Below, piece after piece: positions 30,149-40,244 of a stretch of DNA of 64,000 nt (positions are counted from its first letter, which is position 1; each line of letters starts with the position of its first letter). Both the position numbers and the translations under genes were made by a program. Under the pieces are notes generated by a model. That model was not told the origin of the DNA. It saw nothing but the letters and a program-made list of their open reading frames with translations, and searched no databases. Source of the DNA: Myxococcota bacterium (GTDB lineage: Bacteria; Myxococcota_A; Polyangia; Nannocystales; Nannocystaceae); the NCBI GenBank assembly GCA_039028615.1, contig JBCCHT010000002.1:128001-192000 (forward strand), read 5' to 3'.

Positions 30149-33100
30149 ATGAGTTCGGACTCCGGGTCGAGCGGCGTGCCAGACAGCACGACCTCCGCTC
30201 GAAAGGACGAAGAATCGCTCATTACGGCCCGCTACGACGAAGAGCCCATCGACTCGGCGGCCCCCTTCGCGACCCGGGCCAAGCTCGGGCGACGCACCAG
30301 CGACGCTCTCGCCCCTCGCCGAATCGGGCGCTACATCCTGCTGGAACCGCTCGGCCGGGGTCGCATGAGCACGGTGTACGCGGGCTACGACGAGCAGCTC
30401 GATCGAAAGCTCGCGATCAAGCTGCTGCGGGACGACGGGTGGCCCAACGAAGACGCCCAGCAACGACTCCAGCAGCAAGCCCAAACCATGGCCAAGCTGT
30501 CGCACCCCAACGTGCTCACCGTGCACGAGGTGGGCCGCGACGAAGAGGTCATGTTCCTCGCCATGGAATTCGTTCGCGGCGAGACGCTGGTGCAGTGGCT
30601 ACAGACCCCACGCGCCTGGACCGACGTCGTCGACGTCTTCGTGCAGGCCGGGCGCGGGCTCCAGGCGGCCCATGAAGCGGGCATCGTGCACCACGACCTG
30701 ACGCCGCGGAACATCATGCTGCGCGAGGACGGGGTCGCCAAGGTGCTCGACTTTCGCCTTCCGGGCGCCACGAACGAAGCCGAGGGCGAGCAGATGGGGC
30801 CGGCCCCTGCGGCCTCCGGCCCGAAGCTCACCGCCTCGTCCACCCTGGTGGAGACGGGCATCGATCCGCCGAGCCATCGCGCCCCGGAGCAGCTCGAAGG
30901 CCGCGTGGGCGACGCCCGCAGCGACCAGTTCAGCTTCTGTGTCGCCCTGTACGAGGCGCTCTACGGCGAGCACCCGCACGAGGGAGACTCGATCGAAGCG
31001 CGCCTGGCCTCCGCCAATCGCAACGACATCCGCCGACCAACCCCGGGCAACACGGTGCCGGCCGCCGTGCACCGGGTCGTGCTGCGGGGGCTCCAGTTCG
31101 ACCCCGAGCAACGCTGGCCTTCGATGAAGGCCCTGCTCGAGCCTCTGTCTCGCCAGCTCACTCCCCGCCGTCGTCGATGGCTCGGCCCGGCGGCGGTCTT
31201 CGGCGCCGTCGGGGTGTTCGCGGCGGTGCGCTGGAGCAGCCGGGCGCTGTGGGACCCGACCTGCACCGGATCGCGAGACCGGGTGCAGGAAGCGTGGGAC
31301 GAGGCCCGGGCGCAACGAGTTCGCGACGCCATGTTGGCCACCGACCTGCCCTACGCCGCGGAGACCTGGGCTCGGGTGGAGCCACGACTGGACGCCTACG
31401 CCGAGGCGTGGATCCAGACCCACCGCGACGCGTGCGAGGCCACGGCCGTGCGCCGCGAGCAGAGCGAGCACCAACGAGACCTACGCATGGCGTGTCTGTC
31501 CAGCCGCCACCGACACCTGCGTACGATCGTCGACGAACTACAGAACGCCGATGCCCCCCTGGTGGAACAGGCGGTCGCCGCGGTGGCACAGCTGCCGAGA
31601 ATCTCTCGGTGCAGCGACCTGCCCGCCCTGGAGGCCGAGGTGCCGCCCCCCGACGACCCGGCGCAAGCGCAGCAGGTCACCGCCCTTCGCGAGCGGCTGG
31701 TGGAGTCGCGAGCCAAGTACAGCGCGGGCAAGTTCGACGCCGCCCGGACCATCACCGAGGAAGTCGTGCAGCAGGCCGACGATTTGGGCTACGAACCGCT
31801 GATCGCCCGCGCCCTCGCCCAGCGGGCCCAGCACTCCACCAACGCCGCGGAGTTCGAGATCGCCGTGGGCCAGTCCCGCCAGGCCTATGACCTGGCCGCC
31901 CAAAACGGTCTCGCCGACATTGCCGCGAGCACAGCTTCACTGCTCGTGCGAATCTACTCCTTCGGGCTCAACGAAGACGACGAAGCCGCGGCCTGGCTGT
32001 CCCAGGCGGACCCCTGGTCCCGCGCGGCCGACAACGACGACATCCGCACGCTGTACCTGCGCCGCAAGGGCTACATGTCCGTTCGCCAGGCCGAGTACGC
32101 AAACGCCGACGAAGCCTACGCGAGCGCGCTGGCCCTCCAGGAGCGCACTCGGGGCCCCGACCACCCGTCCACCGCCCAGATCCTCAACGAGCGGGCTCGC
32201 GTGCAGTCCCACCTGGGCAGGCCCGACGACGCCCAGCAGAGCCTCGAGCGCGCCCTCGAGATCATCAAGAAAGCCTACGGACCCGACCATCCCGAAGTGG
32301 CGGGGGCCCTGCACGAGATGGCGATGATCGCTCGTAGGCACCGCAAGCTGGACGAGGCCCGGCGACGGGCCGAGCAGGCGGTGGCCATTCACCAGCGCGC
32401 CTACGGGGCCGAGCACCCGGACACCGCGACGATGCTCAAGACCCTGGGCACCATCCTCGAGTTCCAGGGCGAGCTCGATGCCGCCCGCGACGCCTACGAG
32501 CGAGCCCTCGCCGTATTCGTCGCCAACAAGGCCGGCGACGATCCGAGCATCGCAGGGACCCTGACCGATCTGGGAATCCTGTCGAACACGCAGGGGCGCT
32601 ACGAGGAGGCCCGCAGATTCCTCGAGGAAGCCCGCGACATCCACATCGGCGCGTTCGGGCCCGACCACCCCGAGGTCGCCAACGTGCTCAACGTGCTGGG
32701 CAACGTGGCCGACTACCAGGGGCGCTTCGACGACGCACGCGAGCTGTTCGAGCGCTCACTGCAGATCCTCGAGGACAAGCTCGGCCCCGACCACGTCGAC
32801 CTCATCATTCCGTTGAACAACCTCGGCATCGCGCTGCATGCCCAAGGAGAGCTGACCCAGGGCCGAGAGATCCTCGAGCGGGTGCTGGAGCTCCAGCTCG
32901 CGCACGAGGCCCCCGACCACCCGCGCGTGGGGGCGACGACGGTCAACCTCGCCGCGATCGCGTTCGACCAGGGCGACTTGGCACAGTCGAGAACCTGGGC
33001 CGAGCGCTCGCTGGCGGTGAAGGAGAAGGCGTGGGGGCCCGACCACCCCGCCCTGGGCTCGACCCTCGACCTGCTCGGCCGACTCGAGCTGCGGGAGCAA

Positions 33101-33490
33101 CGGCCCGAACGAGCGCGGGCGTTGCTCACCCGTGCCCTCGCGATCCGGGACGACAAGCTCGGAGCCGAACACCCCGAGCAATTCGACACGCTGCTGCTCC
33201 TCGGCCAGACCCACCTGGCCGAGCGCAAGCCGGCCGCCGCCCTCGTCCCCCTCCGACGCGCCCGAGCGCTGGCCTCCACCATCACCACCATGAAGGCGGG
33301 ACCCCGCGGCGAGCTCCGCTTCGCGCTCGCCCAGGCGCTATGGGCCGCCCCGGAGGCGTCGGGGCGCGACCGCCCCCGCGCCCAGTCCCTCGCCCGGCAG
33401 GCTCGTGAAGACCTCGCATCGGCCACGCACGTGGGCATCGTGCAGACCCAGGTCGCGCAGGTCGACGACTGGCTCCTTCGCCACCGCTGA
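30149..33490 (+). CDS. Ser/Thr pseudokinase - TM - TPR receptor
   Basis: Kinase fold with degenerate motifs (GRGRMS, HHDLTPRN, DFR, DPPSHRAPE); TM; long GP(D/E)HP TPR array. Confidence 0.88.
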   Translation: MSSDSGSSGVPDSTTSARKDEESLITARYDEEPIDSAAPFATRAKLGRRTSDALAPRRIGRYILLEPLGRGRMSTVYAGYDEQLDRKLAIKLLRDDGWPNEDAQQRLQQQAQTMAKLSHPNVLTVHEVGRDEEVMFLAMEFVRGETLVQWLQTPRAWTDVVDVFVQAGRGLQAAHEAGIVHHDLTPRNIMLREDGVAKVLDFRLPGATNEAEGEQMGPAPAASGPKLTASSTLVETGIDPPSHRAPEQLEGRVGDARSDQFSFCVALYEALYGEHPHEGDSIEARLASANRNDIRRPTPGNTVPAAVHRVVLRGLQFDPEQRWPSMKALLEPLSRQLTPRRRRWLGPAAVFGAVGVFAAVRWSSRALWDPTCTGSRDRVQEAWDEARAQRVRDAMLATDLPYAAETWARVEPRLDAYAEAWIQTHRDACEATAVRREQSEHQRDLRMACLSSRHRHLRTIVDELQNADAPLVEQAVAAVAQLPRISRCSDLPALEAEVPPPDDPAQAQQVTALRERLVESRAKYSAGKFDAARTITEEVVQQADDLGYEPLIARALAQRAQHSTNAAEFEIAVGQSRQAYDLAAQNGLADIAASTASLLVRIYSFGLNEDDEAAAWLSQADPWSRAADNDDIRTLYLRRKGYMSVRQAEYANADEAYASALALQERTRGPDHPSTAQILNERARVQSHLGRPDDAQQSLERALEIIKKAYGPDHPEVAGALHEMAMIARRHRKLDEARRRAEQAVAIHQRAYGAEHPDTATMLKTLGTILEFQGELDAARDAYERALAVFVANKAGDDPSIAGTLTDLGILSNTQGRYEEARRFLEEARDIHIGAFGPDHPEVANVLNVLGNVADYQGRFDDARELFERSLQILEDKLGPDHVDLIIPLNNLGIALHAQGELTQGREILERVLELQLAHEAPDHPRVGATTVNLAAIAFDQGDLAQSRTWAERSLAVKEKAWGPDHPALGSTLDLLGRLELREQRPERARALLTRALAIRDDKLGAEHPEQFDTLLLLGQTHLAERKPAAALVPLRRARALASTITTMKAGPRGELRFALAQALWAAPEASGRDRPRAQSLARQAREDLASATHVGIVQTQVAQVDDWLLRHR

Positions 33491-33502
33491 CGCCCGCGGG
33501 CC

Positions 33503-34879
33503 TCAGCAGGCGGGCTGCCCCACGCACTGCGGCGTGGGGTCAGTCCAGACCGAGAAGGTCACGTCGCAGGTCGAGCAGTTGTTCTGTGCCTCTTGGAAGT
33601 CGTTGTTGGCCTCCGTGCTGCCGTCGTCGTAGTTGGGCCAGAGGTTGGCGTCGCTGAGGTTGTTGTGGAACACGATGCCCGCCCGCAGATAGTTGCGGAA
33701 GATCATGTCTTCGACGTTGCCGGCCACCGTTCCCTGATCGAAGTGCACGCCGATCTGCCACGCCTCGACGAGACCGTCCTTGACCGTGGTGTGGTGCGCG
33801 CGCGGGAACATGTCGTGGGTCGGCGTATCGCAGCCCGGCACCGCGTGGTCGCACCAGTTGTCCCACTCGGAGTTCACCCCGATGCGCGTCTGCGGACCCA
33901 CGCAGAAGTCCTGGATGGTGGTGTGGCGAGTGGTGTTGTCGAGGTAGACGCCCACGGCGCCCGTGGTCGATCCGATCCCGACCCGGTCGACATCGACGGA
34001 GGTCACCTGCGACCCCATCGCCTCGCCGTTGACCACGATGCCTGCCCAGCGAACGTCGCGAACCCGAGCGCGGTTGAGCACCACCGACTCGCTGAAGCGC
34101 AGGCCCACGCCATGCTTGGGGTTCAGGGGGCTGGAGACGTCGTCGACACGGATGTCTTGGGCAAAGACCGGAGTGTTGACCGGCCCCGCGCCTTCGACGA
34201 GCGTGCCGTATCGGCGCAGGCCGTCGATCTCCAGCCGCTCCAGCTGGAGGTCGCTGGGAGACGCGACGTAGATGCCGGTATCGACGAGGCCATTGCCGTG
34301 GAACTCGGTGTCGTCGATGCGAAGGTGCGTGGCGTCGCCCCACGCGGAGATGATGGTGGTGCCCGAGGCGAGCTGGTCGGGGACGTGGGTCGCATCGTCG
34401 ATGTCGAAGACCAGCCCTCGCAGGCGCGAGCCCGCGTGCTGGATTCCGTTGCCGCCCGCCTCGATGCCGAACTCGAGGATCGCTCCGCCCACGTGCTCGG
34501 CCCACAGCTCCTGCCCATCGATCGACAGGAAGTCACCGTCGAGGTCATTGGCCGTGTACACACCGTCGCGCAGGACGATGACCTCGGTCCCGTCGTCCAC
34601 CTCGCCCTGGAGGGTCGCCGGGGTCACACAGATCACCGTGGCATCGTTGCAGTCGGGCGCCTCGGTGAGCGAGTAGGCCGACGGCGGCTCGGGTCCGAAC
34701 ACCCCCAGGGCCCCGGCCTCACGCGCGCCGTTGCAGGGACGCTCTGCCCGTCGCTCGACGATGTCGGGCGTGGCTTCGTCGAGCTCGGCGACGGGCTCCA
34801 CTTGGTCGCCGAGGCAACCGCCCAGCGACGTGGCAATGAGGGAAATGGCAACGAGGGAGGACGGTGCGGACGGTTTCAT
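33503..34879 (-). CDS. Lipoprotein with right-handed beta-helix (pectin-lyase-like) repeats
   Basis: Lipobox LGGC; VIVLRDGVY, repeated GI.V/GV.. parallel beta-helix pattern. Confidence 0.65.
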   Translation of the reverse strand: MKPSAPSSLVAISLIATSLGGCLGDQVEPVAELDEATPDIVERRAERPCNGAREAGALGVFGPEPPSAYSLTEAPDCNDATVICVTPATLQGEVDDGTEVIVLRDGVYTANDLDGDFLSIDGQELWAEHVGGAILEFGIEAGGNGIQHAGSRLRGLVFDIDDATHVPDQLASGTTIISAWGDATHLRIDDTEFHGNGLVDTGIYVASPSDLQLERLEIDGLRRYGTLVEGAGPVNTPVFAQDIRVDDVSSPLNPKHGVGLRFSESVVLNRARVRDVRWAGIVVNGEAMGSQVTSVDVDRVGIGSTTGAVGVYLDNTTRHTTIQDFCVGPQTRIGVNSEWDNWCDHAVPGCDTPTHDMFPRAHHTTVKDGLVEAWQIGVHFDQGTVAGNVEDMIFRNYLRAGIVFHNNLSDANLWPNYDDGSTEANNDFQEAQNNCSTCDVTFSVWTDPTPQCVGQPAC

Positions 34880-35033
34880 GGCTCGGGGGGCGCTTGCTCG
34901 CCACCTGAACCGTTCCCGGCCCGGCTTCACCGGATCACGAACCGACGAGATTGCCTACACGGAGGCCTCCCGAGCCCGAAGTTCGCTCCCAGGCGGCGCC
35001 TGCCCACGGCAAACGCCACCCGAGACGCCCGGC

Positions 35034-36728
35034 CTACCCCGAGGTCCGCAGCCGCGTGACGAACAAGGGCGAACCCGCCAGCGTGGCCATGACGTCGATG
35101 AGGGCGAGATCGTCGTCCATCATGCCGTCGGCCAGCCCCGCGGGCACACACGCGTTGCCTTCTCTGTTGCCGTAGGCATATGCGGCGAGCATGCCGGACA
35201 CGCACTCGGCCACCTGAGGCGACTCGGCCAGCTCACCCGACAGCTCGTTGACGCCGTCGATCATCACCGTCTCGCCGTCGAGACGAATCGACCCCTTGGC
35301 GTCGACCTCGAAGCCGTTCTCCTCGCTGCGGTATCGCCCCTTCGCGTCGAAATTTTCGAAGGCGAAGCCGGTCGGGTCGAACGCGAGGTGGCAGCCCGAG
35401 CACTGCTCGTTGCCCAGGTGCAGCGTCTCCCACCGGGCGCGGGTGGTGCTGGCATCGCCCGGATCTTCGACCTCTCCCAGCGGCGGCACCTGGTCGGGCG
35501 CCGAGGGGCGAGGTGTGCAGGTGATGTGATCGAGCACCGCCAGACCGCGCTGGGTCGGCGACGAAGTGTCGGGGCGAGCCCGGGCGGCGAGGAAGGCCCC
35601 CTGCGCCAGCAAGCCCCGACCCCATTGCTCGGGCTTGCTCACCGGCTCGAATGCATCTCCCCCCGCGCTGCCATAGCCGTAGTAGCTCGCGAGCGCGCCG
35701 TTGAGCATCGTCGTCTCGCTCAGCATGAGGTCGCGGAGCGAGCCCCCGTCCTCGAACACCACCCGGTCGAGGAACTGGGCGGTCTCTTCGGCCATGTCGT
35801 CGCGAACCGCCGCGAACGACTCGTCGAGCTCACTGCTGCCATCTTGCAAGCGATCGGCCCCGAGCACTCGCCCGTACCCGGTCCACTCGACGAAGAACTG
35901 CTGCACCAGCTGGCGGCCTTCGGGTGAGTTCAGCATGAGGCGGGCCTGCTCGACTCGCGCCTCGGGCTCGTACAGCGCCCCCGACTCGGCCAGCCCGAGC
36001 AGCTCGTCCGAGGGTGGCTGCCCGCTGAACGCATACGCCAGCGCGCTGGCGACCTCGTGGGGCTCGAGCACGACCTCGTCGCCCTGCGCCGTGCCGTAGT
36101 CGCCGAGCTCCGAGCGATACACGGTATGCGGCGACTGCAACATCGCGATGATCATCCAGCGAAGGCCGGTCGGGAAATCGGAGCTCGATGCGACCTGGTC
36201 GTACAGCGCCACGTAGTCGCCGACCTCCGACTCGGTCAGATCGCGACGATGAAGCTGCGGCCCGTAGGTCTCCACGAAGGTCTGGGCGCACGCCGAGTCC
36301 CCCGCGCCCGCGCAGGGCAGCACCGACTCGAGGGTCCCGGGCGCGGTCAGTAGATCGGCCGCATCGCGGGCGCTCTCGAAGATCTGGCGGCCCACCTGGG
36401 TGGCCACGACCAGCGAAGAGCCATCGTTGGTGAACTGGGTGACGCTGGCCAGCGGCGCGCCGCCCATCTCGGTCCCCGCCCAGTCCGACGCGATGGCGGG
36501 AAAGACGGAGCGGATCGTCGCCTCGTACTCGTTGCCCGTCATACGCCGCAGCGTGGGCGTGACCACCGAGGTCTCGAGGCACTGCTCTTCGACGGCGTCC
36601 TCGTCGAAGCCGAGGGTGTCGATGCCGGTCAGGCCATCGTCACCGTCGCCTTCCTCGTCGCTGCCCCGGCATGCGACCGCGGCCAACGCTACGACCAGTA
36701 CAGACAGATGGAGTCGTGAAGCGTTCAT
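35034..36728 (-). CDS. DUF1592/DUF1588/DUF1595 (PSD/PSCyt) domain lipoprotein with CxxCH
   Basis: Lipobox AVAC; LRRMT..EY..T, LQSP...YR.E, GLL.QG.FL, SSPT.RG, CSGCH..FDP.GFAFENFD..GRYR; ATGA-coupled to the upstream gene. Confidence 0.88.
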   Translation of the reverse strand: MNASRLHLSVLVVALAAVACRGSDEEGDGDDGLTGIDTLGFDEDAVEEQCLETSVVTPTLRRMTGNEYEATIRSVFPAIASDWAGTEMGGAPLASVTQFTNDGSSLVVATQVGRQIFESARDAADLLTAPGTLESVLPCAGAGDSACAQTFVETYGPQLHRRDLTESEVGDYVALYDQVASSSDFPTGLRWMIIAMLQSPHTVYRSELGDYGTAQGDEVVLEPHEVASALAYAFSGQPPSDELLGLAESGALYEPEARVEQARLMLNSPEGRQLVQQFFVEWTGYGRVLGADRLQDGSSELDESFAAVRDDMAEETAQFLDRVVFEDGGSLRDLMLSETTMLNGALASYYGYGSAGGDAFEPVSKPEQWGRGLLAQGAFLAARARPDTSSPTQRGLAVLDHITCTPRPSAPDQVPPLGEVEDPGDASTTRARWETLHLGNEQCSGCHLAFDPTGFAFENFDAKGRYRSEENGFEVDAKGSIRLDGETVMIDGVNELSGELAESPQVAECVSGMLAAYAYGNREGNACVPAGLADGMMDDDLALIDVMATLAGSPLFVTRLRTSG

Positions 36729-38122
36729 GCCAGCAGCTCCTCGATGACACTGACGGCGCGCCCGTTGAACTCGTCGATGGGCGTGGCCATCACGTGGGCC
36801 AGGGTCGCGAACATGTCCGTATTGAAGCGGGTGACGTCGACGACGCGGCCGGTCTGAAGCACGCCTCCGCCTCCGCCGATGAGCAGCGACGGCAAGTAGC
36901 CCTGGTGGCCCATCCCGATGTCCGTCACCCAGACCTGCCGGGTTTCCTTGTTGTGCTCGAAGCCATCGCCCACCTCGCTGCAGATGTGAATGATGGAGTT
37001 GTCCAGTACGGTGTTGGCAGGATCGGTATCCGCGGGGTCCGGGATGAGCAGTCGATCGATCAAGTGCTCGGCGAGCTGCTGGTAGAACCAGCGCTGCACT
37101 CGGCCGAACTCTTCGCGCTGGGCGCTGTTCTGCGAGTGCGAGATGGGGTCGTGGTAGGGCAGCGCCACCCCGGGGCCTCCGGGGTAGTTCATCAGGACCT
37201 GCGCGTTGGTCCACAGGTTCTGGATGGTGATGACCGGCGCCGTGTTGCAGATCATCGCCGCGGCGGCCGCCTCGAGGTGGCCGTGGAGCATCGCGGTCAA
37301 GTTGTTGATGTCGAGCTCGTCCAGGCCCGCGGTGGCATCGACCAGCGGCAGATCCGGGCGGGCGTCGCAGCTGATCGGAATGCCGCCGCCGTCCCCCGTG
37401 GCCTTGAGCTCACGTACGGCATCGAGGTGCTTGTTGAGCTTGTCCTCTTCCGTGGACAGCCCCTGCACTCGACTCTGCAGCCCTTCCAGCTGGCGCTCGG
37501 TCAATTCCATCGCCGCGTTGCGGAACGCAGCCTCGTCGCCGACCATACCGCCGTCGCCATCCCCCGGCGCCGGGCTGCCGAGGTTCTCGAAGAGTCGGTC
37601 CGCCGCCGTCGTGGGCGCCGCGGTGGGCACGACCCAGTCGCCGTCGTGGGACAAGAACGAGTCATTGCCAAAACCGTGCTGTCCATTCCATGGAACGACA
37701 CCCAGCACGTGGGGCTTGGTCCCGAGCCCCGCCGCGATGGTTGTATCGATGGAGTCGACGCTCACACTCGGATCCGACTCACCGCGCAACACCGCGGGCA
37801 ACGCCTCGTGCGTCTCCGCCATGCTGTCGATGTTCAGGCCCCGAATGACCGTCGTGCGCTCCTGAATTCCCGCCGCCGCGAACGGAGCGAAGACACTCGA
37901 CAGTCCGAGGAAGTCGGGTCCCTTGCCCAGCGGCTCTACGTATTCGTAGGGCACTCCATGGGGAAGGAAGAACGTGAGCAGTCGAACCGGGCGATCGCCG
38001 GGAGCCGCCGCCGCCAGTCGGGCCATTCGGCTCGCCAGGGGGAGGGTCAGCCCGGCTCCCATGGCCATCAAGAAGGTTCTGCGGCGTAGTCGTTGTCGGC
38101 TCAGATCAAGTTTCTTTTTCAC
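36725..38122 (-). CDS. DUF1552 (HXXSHH) Tat-exported protein
   Basis: RRRTFL Tat motif; RLLTFFLPHG, SID, HLDAVRE, HDPISH, LDNS.....SE.G.G..H. Confidence 0.88.
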   Translation of the reverse strand: MKKKLDLSRQRLRRRTFLMAMGAGLTLPLASRMARLAAAAPGDRPVRLLTFFLPHGVPYEYVEPLGKGPDFLGLSSVFAPFAAAGIQERTTVIRGLNIDSMAETHEALPAVLRGESDPSVSVDSIDTTIAAGLGTKPHVLGVVPWNGQHGFGNDSFLSHDGDWVVPTAAPTTAADRLFENLGSPAPGDGDGGMVGDEAAFRNAAMELTERQLEGLQSRVQGLSTEEDKLNKHLDAVRELKATGDGGGIPISCDARPDLPLVDATAGLDELDINNLTAMLHGHLEAAAAAMICNTAPVITIQNLWTNAQVLMNYPGGPGVALPYHDPISHSQNSAQREEFGRVQRWFYQQLAEHLIDRLLIPDPADTDPANTVLDNSIIHICSEVGDGFEHNKETRQVWVTDIGMGHQGYLPSLLIGGGGGVLQTGRVVDVTRFNTDMFATLAHVMATPIDEFNGRAVSVIEELLA

Positions 38123-38288
38123 TCGCACCCCACCGCCACACACGGAGGCACGCCGCGGCCAAAATCGATGAGAAAATCTGATCGGCGTCCTGGATGCGGG
38201 CGCTACACGTAGGTGAGCGGATCGAGGAATTCCAACGAATTTCCGGCCGCAATGCCGGTTTGGCGACAGTGTGGGTGTGCGTGCGCAA

Positions 38289-38310
38289 CCAATGAGACTC
38301 CGCTCATTGG
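38289..38310. promoter_or_regulatory. Perfect 8-bp inverted repeat, candidate operator upstream of the DUF1552 operon
   Basis: CCAATGAG-actccg-CTCATTGG in the intergenic region. Confidence 0.35.
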
Positions 38311-38320
38311 ATCGGTGGTG

Positions 38321-40156
38321 TCACTCCCACACGGAGCGGGATCGCAGCGACTCGGGCCACGGTTCGCCGCGGTTGCCCGGGATGTCGGCGCCCCCCTCGT
38401 CGCGCACGAAGTTGTCGACCGCACTGAATGCTCTCTCACGGTTGCTGCGACCGCCCTGGAGCCGCAGTGGAGCCAATACGCCGTCTTCGGCGACGGTGAC
38501 CACCTCGTGCGGTGCCGCTCGAAGGTCGACCAGCGCGCCCTTGCGCTTTTCGTTGAGCAACTGCTCTTCGTTGCCGATCGGGTCGGCGATGGTCTTGGCC
38601 TTGAACGTCCACACCAGCAGCGCCGTGGGGTCGCGCGGGGCGAACTCCGGGTTCTCTGCCAGTAGATCGGTCATGCCGTAGTAGGTCTTGCCGATGTCGT
38701 CTTGGTTGATCGGCCCCGCCATCATGCACACGCCTGCGAGCAGGTCGCAGTCGTCGGGGAGGTCCACGACCCCCATGAGCTCGGCGTAGAGGCTGCCGCG
38801 ACTGGCGGCCGACCCCACCGCCCGCACCGCGAGCTCCCAGTCGAGCTTGGCCGCCTTCACCTCGGGGCGCGAGAGCCCAGCGATGTAGATGCGCTGGCCC
38901 GCGAGCGCGAAGGCCTTGCGCCCGCGCGCGGCGTTGCGGGACAGCGCCCGGTTGAGCGCCAGGTCGGCCCACAGCGGAATGCGCTCGACGATCCGCTCGG
39001 TGATCGCCCCGAGCTTGTCCCGCAGATCTCGCAGTCGCTGCTTGCCCCCCGGCGTCAGCACGTCGACCCGGTCGAGCATCAGCAAGTGCTTGGCGTGATC
39101 GCGGTCGGCCCCCGTCCAGCGCTCGAAGGCGTTGTAGGCGGCACGCCCGGCCTGCGCCGTGAACTCGTCCGAGACGTCCATGTCCTGGCGCTCTTGGTAC
39201 TGGGCCGGAGCCTTGTCCTCTTGGTTGACCCCCGGCTGGATGCGCTCGCTACGAAACGCCAGCAGGTTGGCGCCGAGCTTGGGCCACAGGGCGTCGGCCT
39301 CCTGTTCGCTCAGCCCCTCGAACTCGACGCGCTCCTCGGGCAGGGCGCGGCCCACCTGCACCACCATCGCCACGCGCCAGCCCTTGCGGTGGTCGGCCGC
39401 GCTGAGCATGCACATGCGTTCGAGCGCTGCGATGGGCTCCCGATTGCGGGAGCGGTTGCCCCCGCAGAAGGGAGCCTGGAAGATCTGCGCGCGACGACGG
39501 CCGCGGGAGCCGATCACCACCGCCCGCTCCATCGCATCGGCCAGGATGCCCAGGTGCAGGTCTTGGAGATAGCCGATGGTCGGGATGTCGTGGATGTGCT
39601 GCGTGGCCTTGCGGATCGCCCGAACGGGGACCGTCACCAGGCTCTTGAAGGGCTCGTGACCGATGAAGGTCAGCAGCATCGTGAACGGCGTCCGGTAGGG
39701 TCGCGAGAGCACCACGTGCGTGTAGCTGGCGCCGTCGAGCACCGCCCCCGCCCCGCCCTCGTCGATGCCCTTGCACTTGCGGAGCAGCGCGGCGATTTCC
39801 GTGCTGTCGTCGGGACCGAAGCTCACCTGACGGTGGCCGCGATAGTTGGTCGACTGCCGCGAGCTGAGGATGCCGAGCGAGGACTCCTCGAACAGCTCCT
39901 CTTCGCGCACGGGCTGGATCGGACCGAACCCCGTGGGCGCCTGCAGCGACAGCAGCGCGAGCGCGGCCTGGCCCTCGGCCTGCGACAGCGGAACCCGCGT
40001 GCGGTACCCGACCGGCGATCCGGACTCGAGCGCGTTCGGCAGCGAGTACCGGGTTCGCTTCTGTCCCTCGTCGGCGAAGCGAGCACCCCGACGGACCCGC
40101 TGCTCGGGCGGCGGCGGGTCCACGGTCACCAGCTCCAACGACTTCGGTGCGGGCAT
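38321..40156 (-). CDS. Large cytoplasmic hypothetical protein (~610 aa)
   Basis: ATG 40156; strong GC3 bias, globular composition; family not recognised. Confidence 0.75.
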   Translation of the reverse strand: MPAPKSLELVTVDPPPPEQRVRRGARFADEGQKRTRYSLPNALESGSPVGYRTRVPLSQAEGQAALALLSLQAPTGFGPIQPVREEELFEESSLGILSSRQSTNYRGHRQVSFGPDDSTEIAALLRKCKGIDEGGAGAVLDGASYTHVVLSRPYRTPFTMLLTFIGHEPFKSLVTVPVRAIRKATQHIHDIPTIGYLQDLHLGILADAMERAVVIGSRGRRRAQIFQAPFCGGNRSRNREPIAALERMCMLSAADHRKGWRVAMVVQVGRALPEERVEFEGLSEQEADALWPKLGANLLAFRSERIQPGVNQEDKAPAQYQERQDMDVSDEFTAQAGRAAYNAFERWTGADRDHAKHLLMLDRVDVLTPGGKQRLRDLRDKLGAITERIVERIPLWADLALNRALSRNAARGRKAFALAGQRIYIAGLSRPEVKAAKLDWELAVRAVGSAASRGSLYAELMGVVDLPDDCDLLAGVCMMAGPINQDDIGKTYYGMTDLLAENPEFAPRDPTALLVWTFKAKTIADPIGNEEQLLNEKRKGALVDLRAAPHEVVTVAEDGVLAPLRLQGGRSNRERAFSAVDNFVRDEGGADIPGNRGEPWPESLRSRSVWE

Positions 40157-40244
40157 CGACGGAACCCTACTGCGGCCGAACCGTGGAGGCGAGTCCAGGG
40201 CGTCCGACCGATGTGCGCCCGCTCTCGCCGGTCGAGAGACGGGC

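Noticed and set aside
26450..33200. Regularly spaced GGCCCCGACCAC-like repeats
   Set aside because: These are coding 42-aa TPR repeats (GPDHP), not a CRISPR array.
36729..37214. N-terminal extension of ORF 35034..37214
   Set aside because: Overlaps DUF1552 out of frame; the lipoprotein signal begins at ATG 36728.
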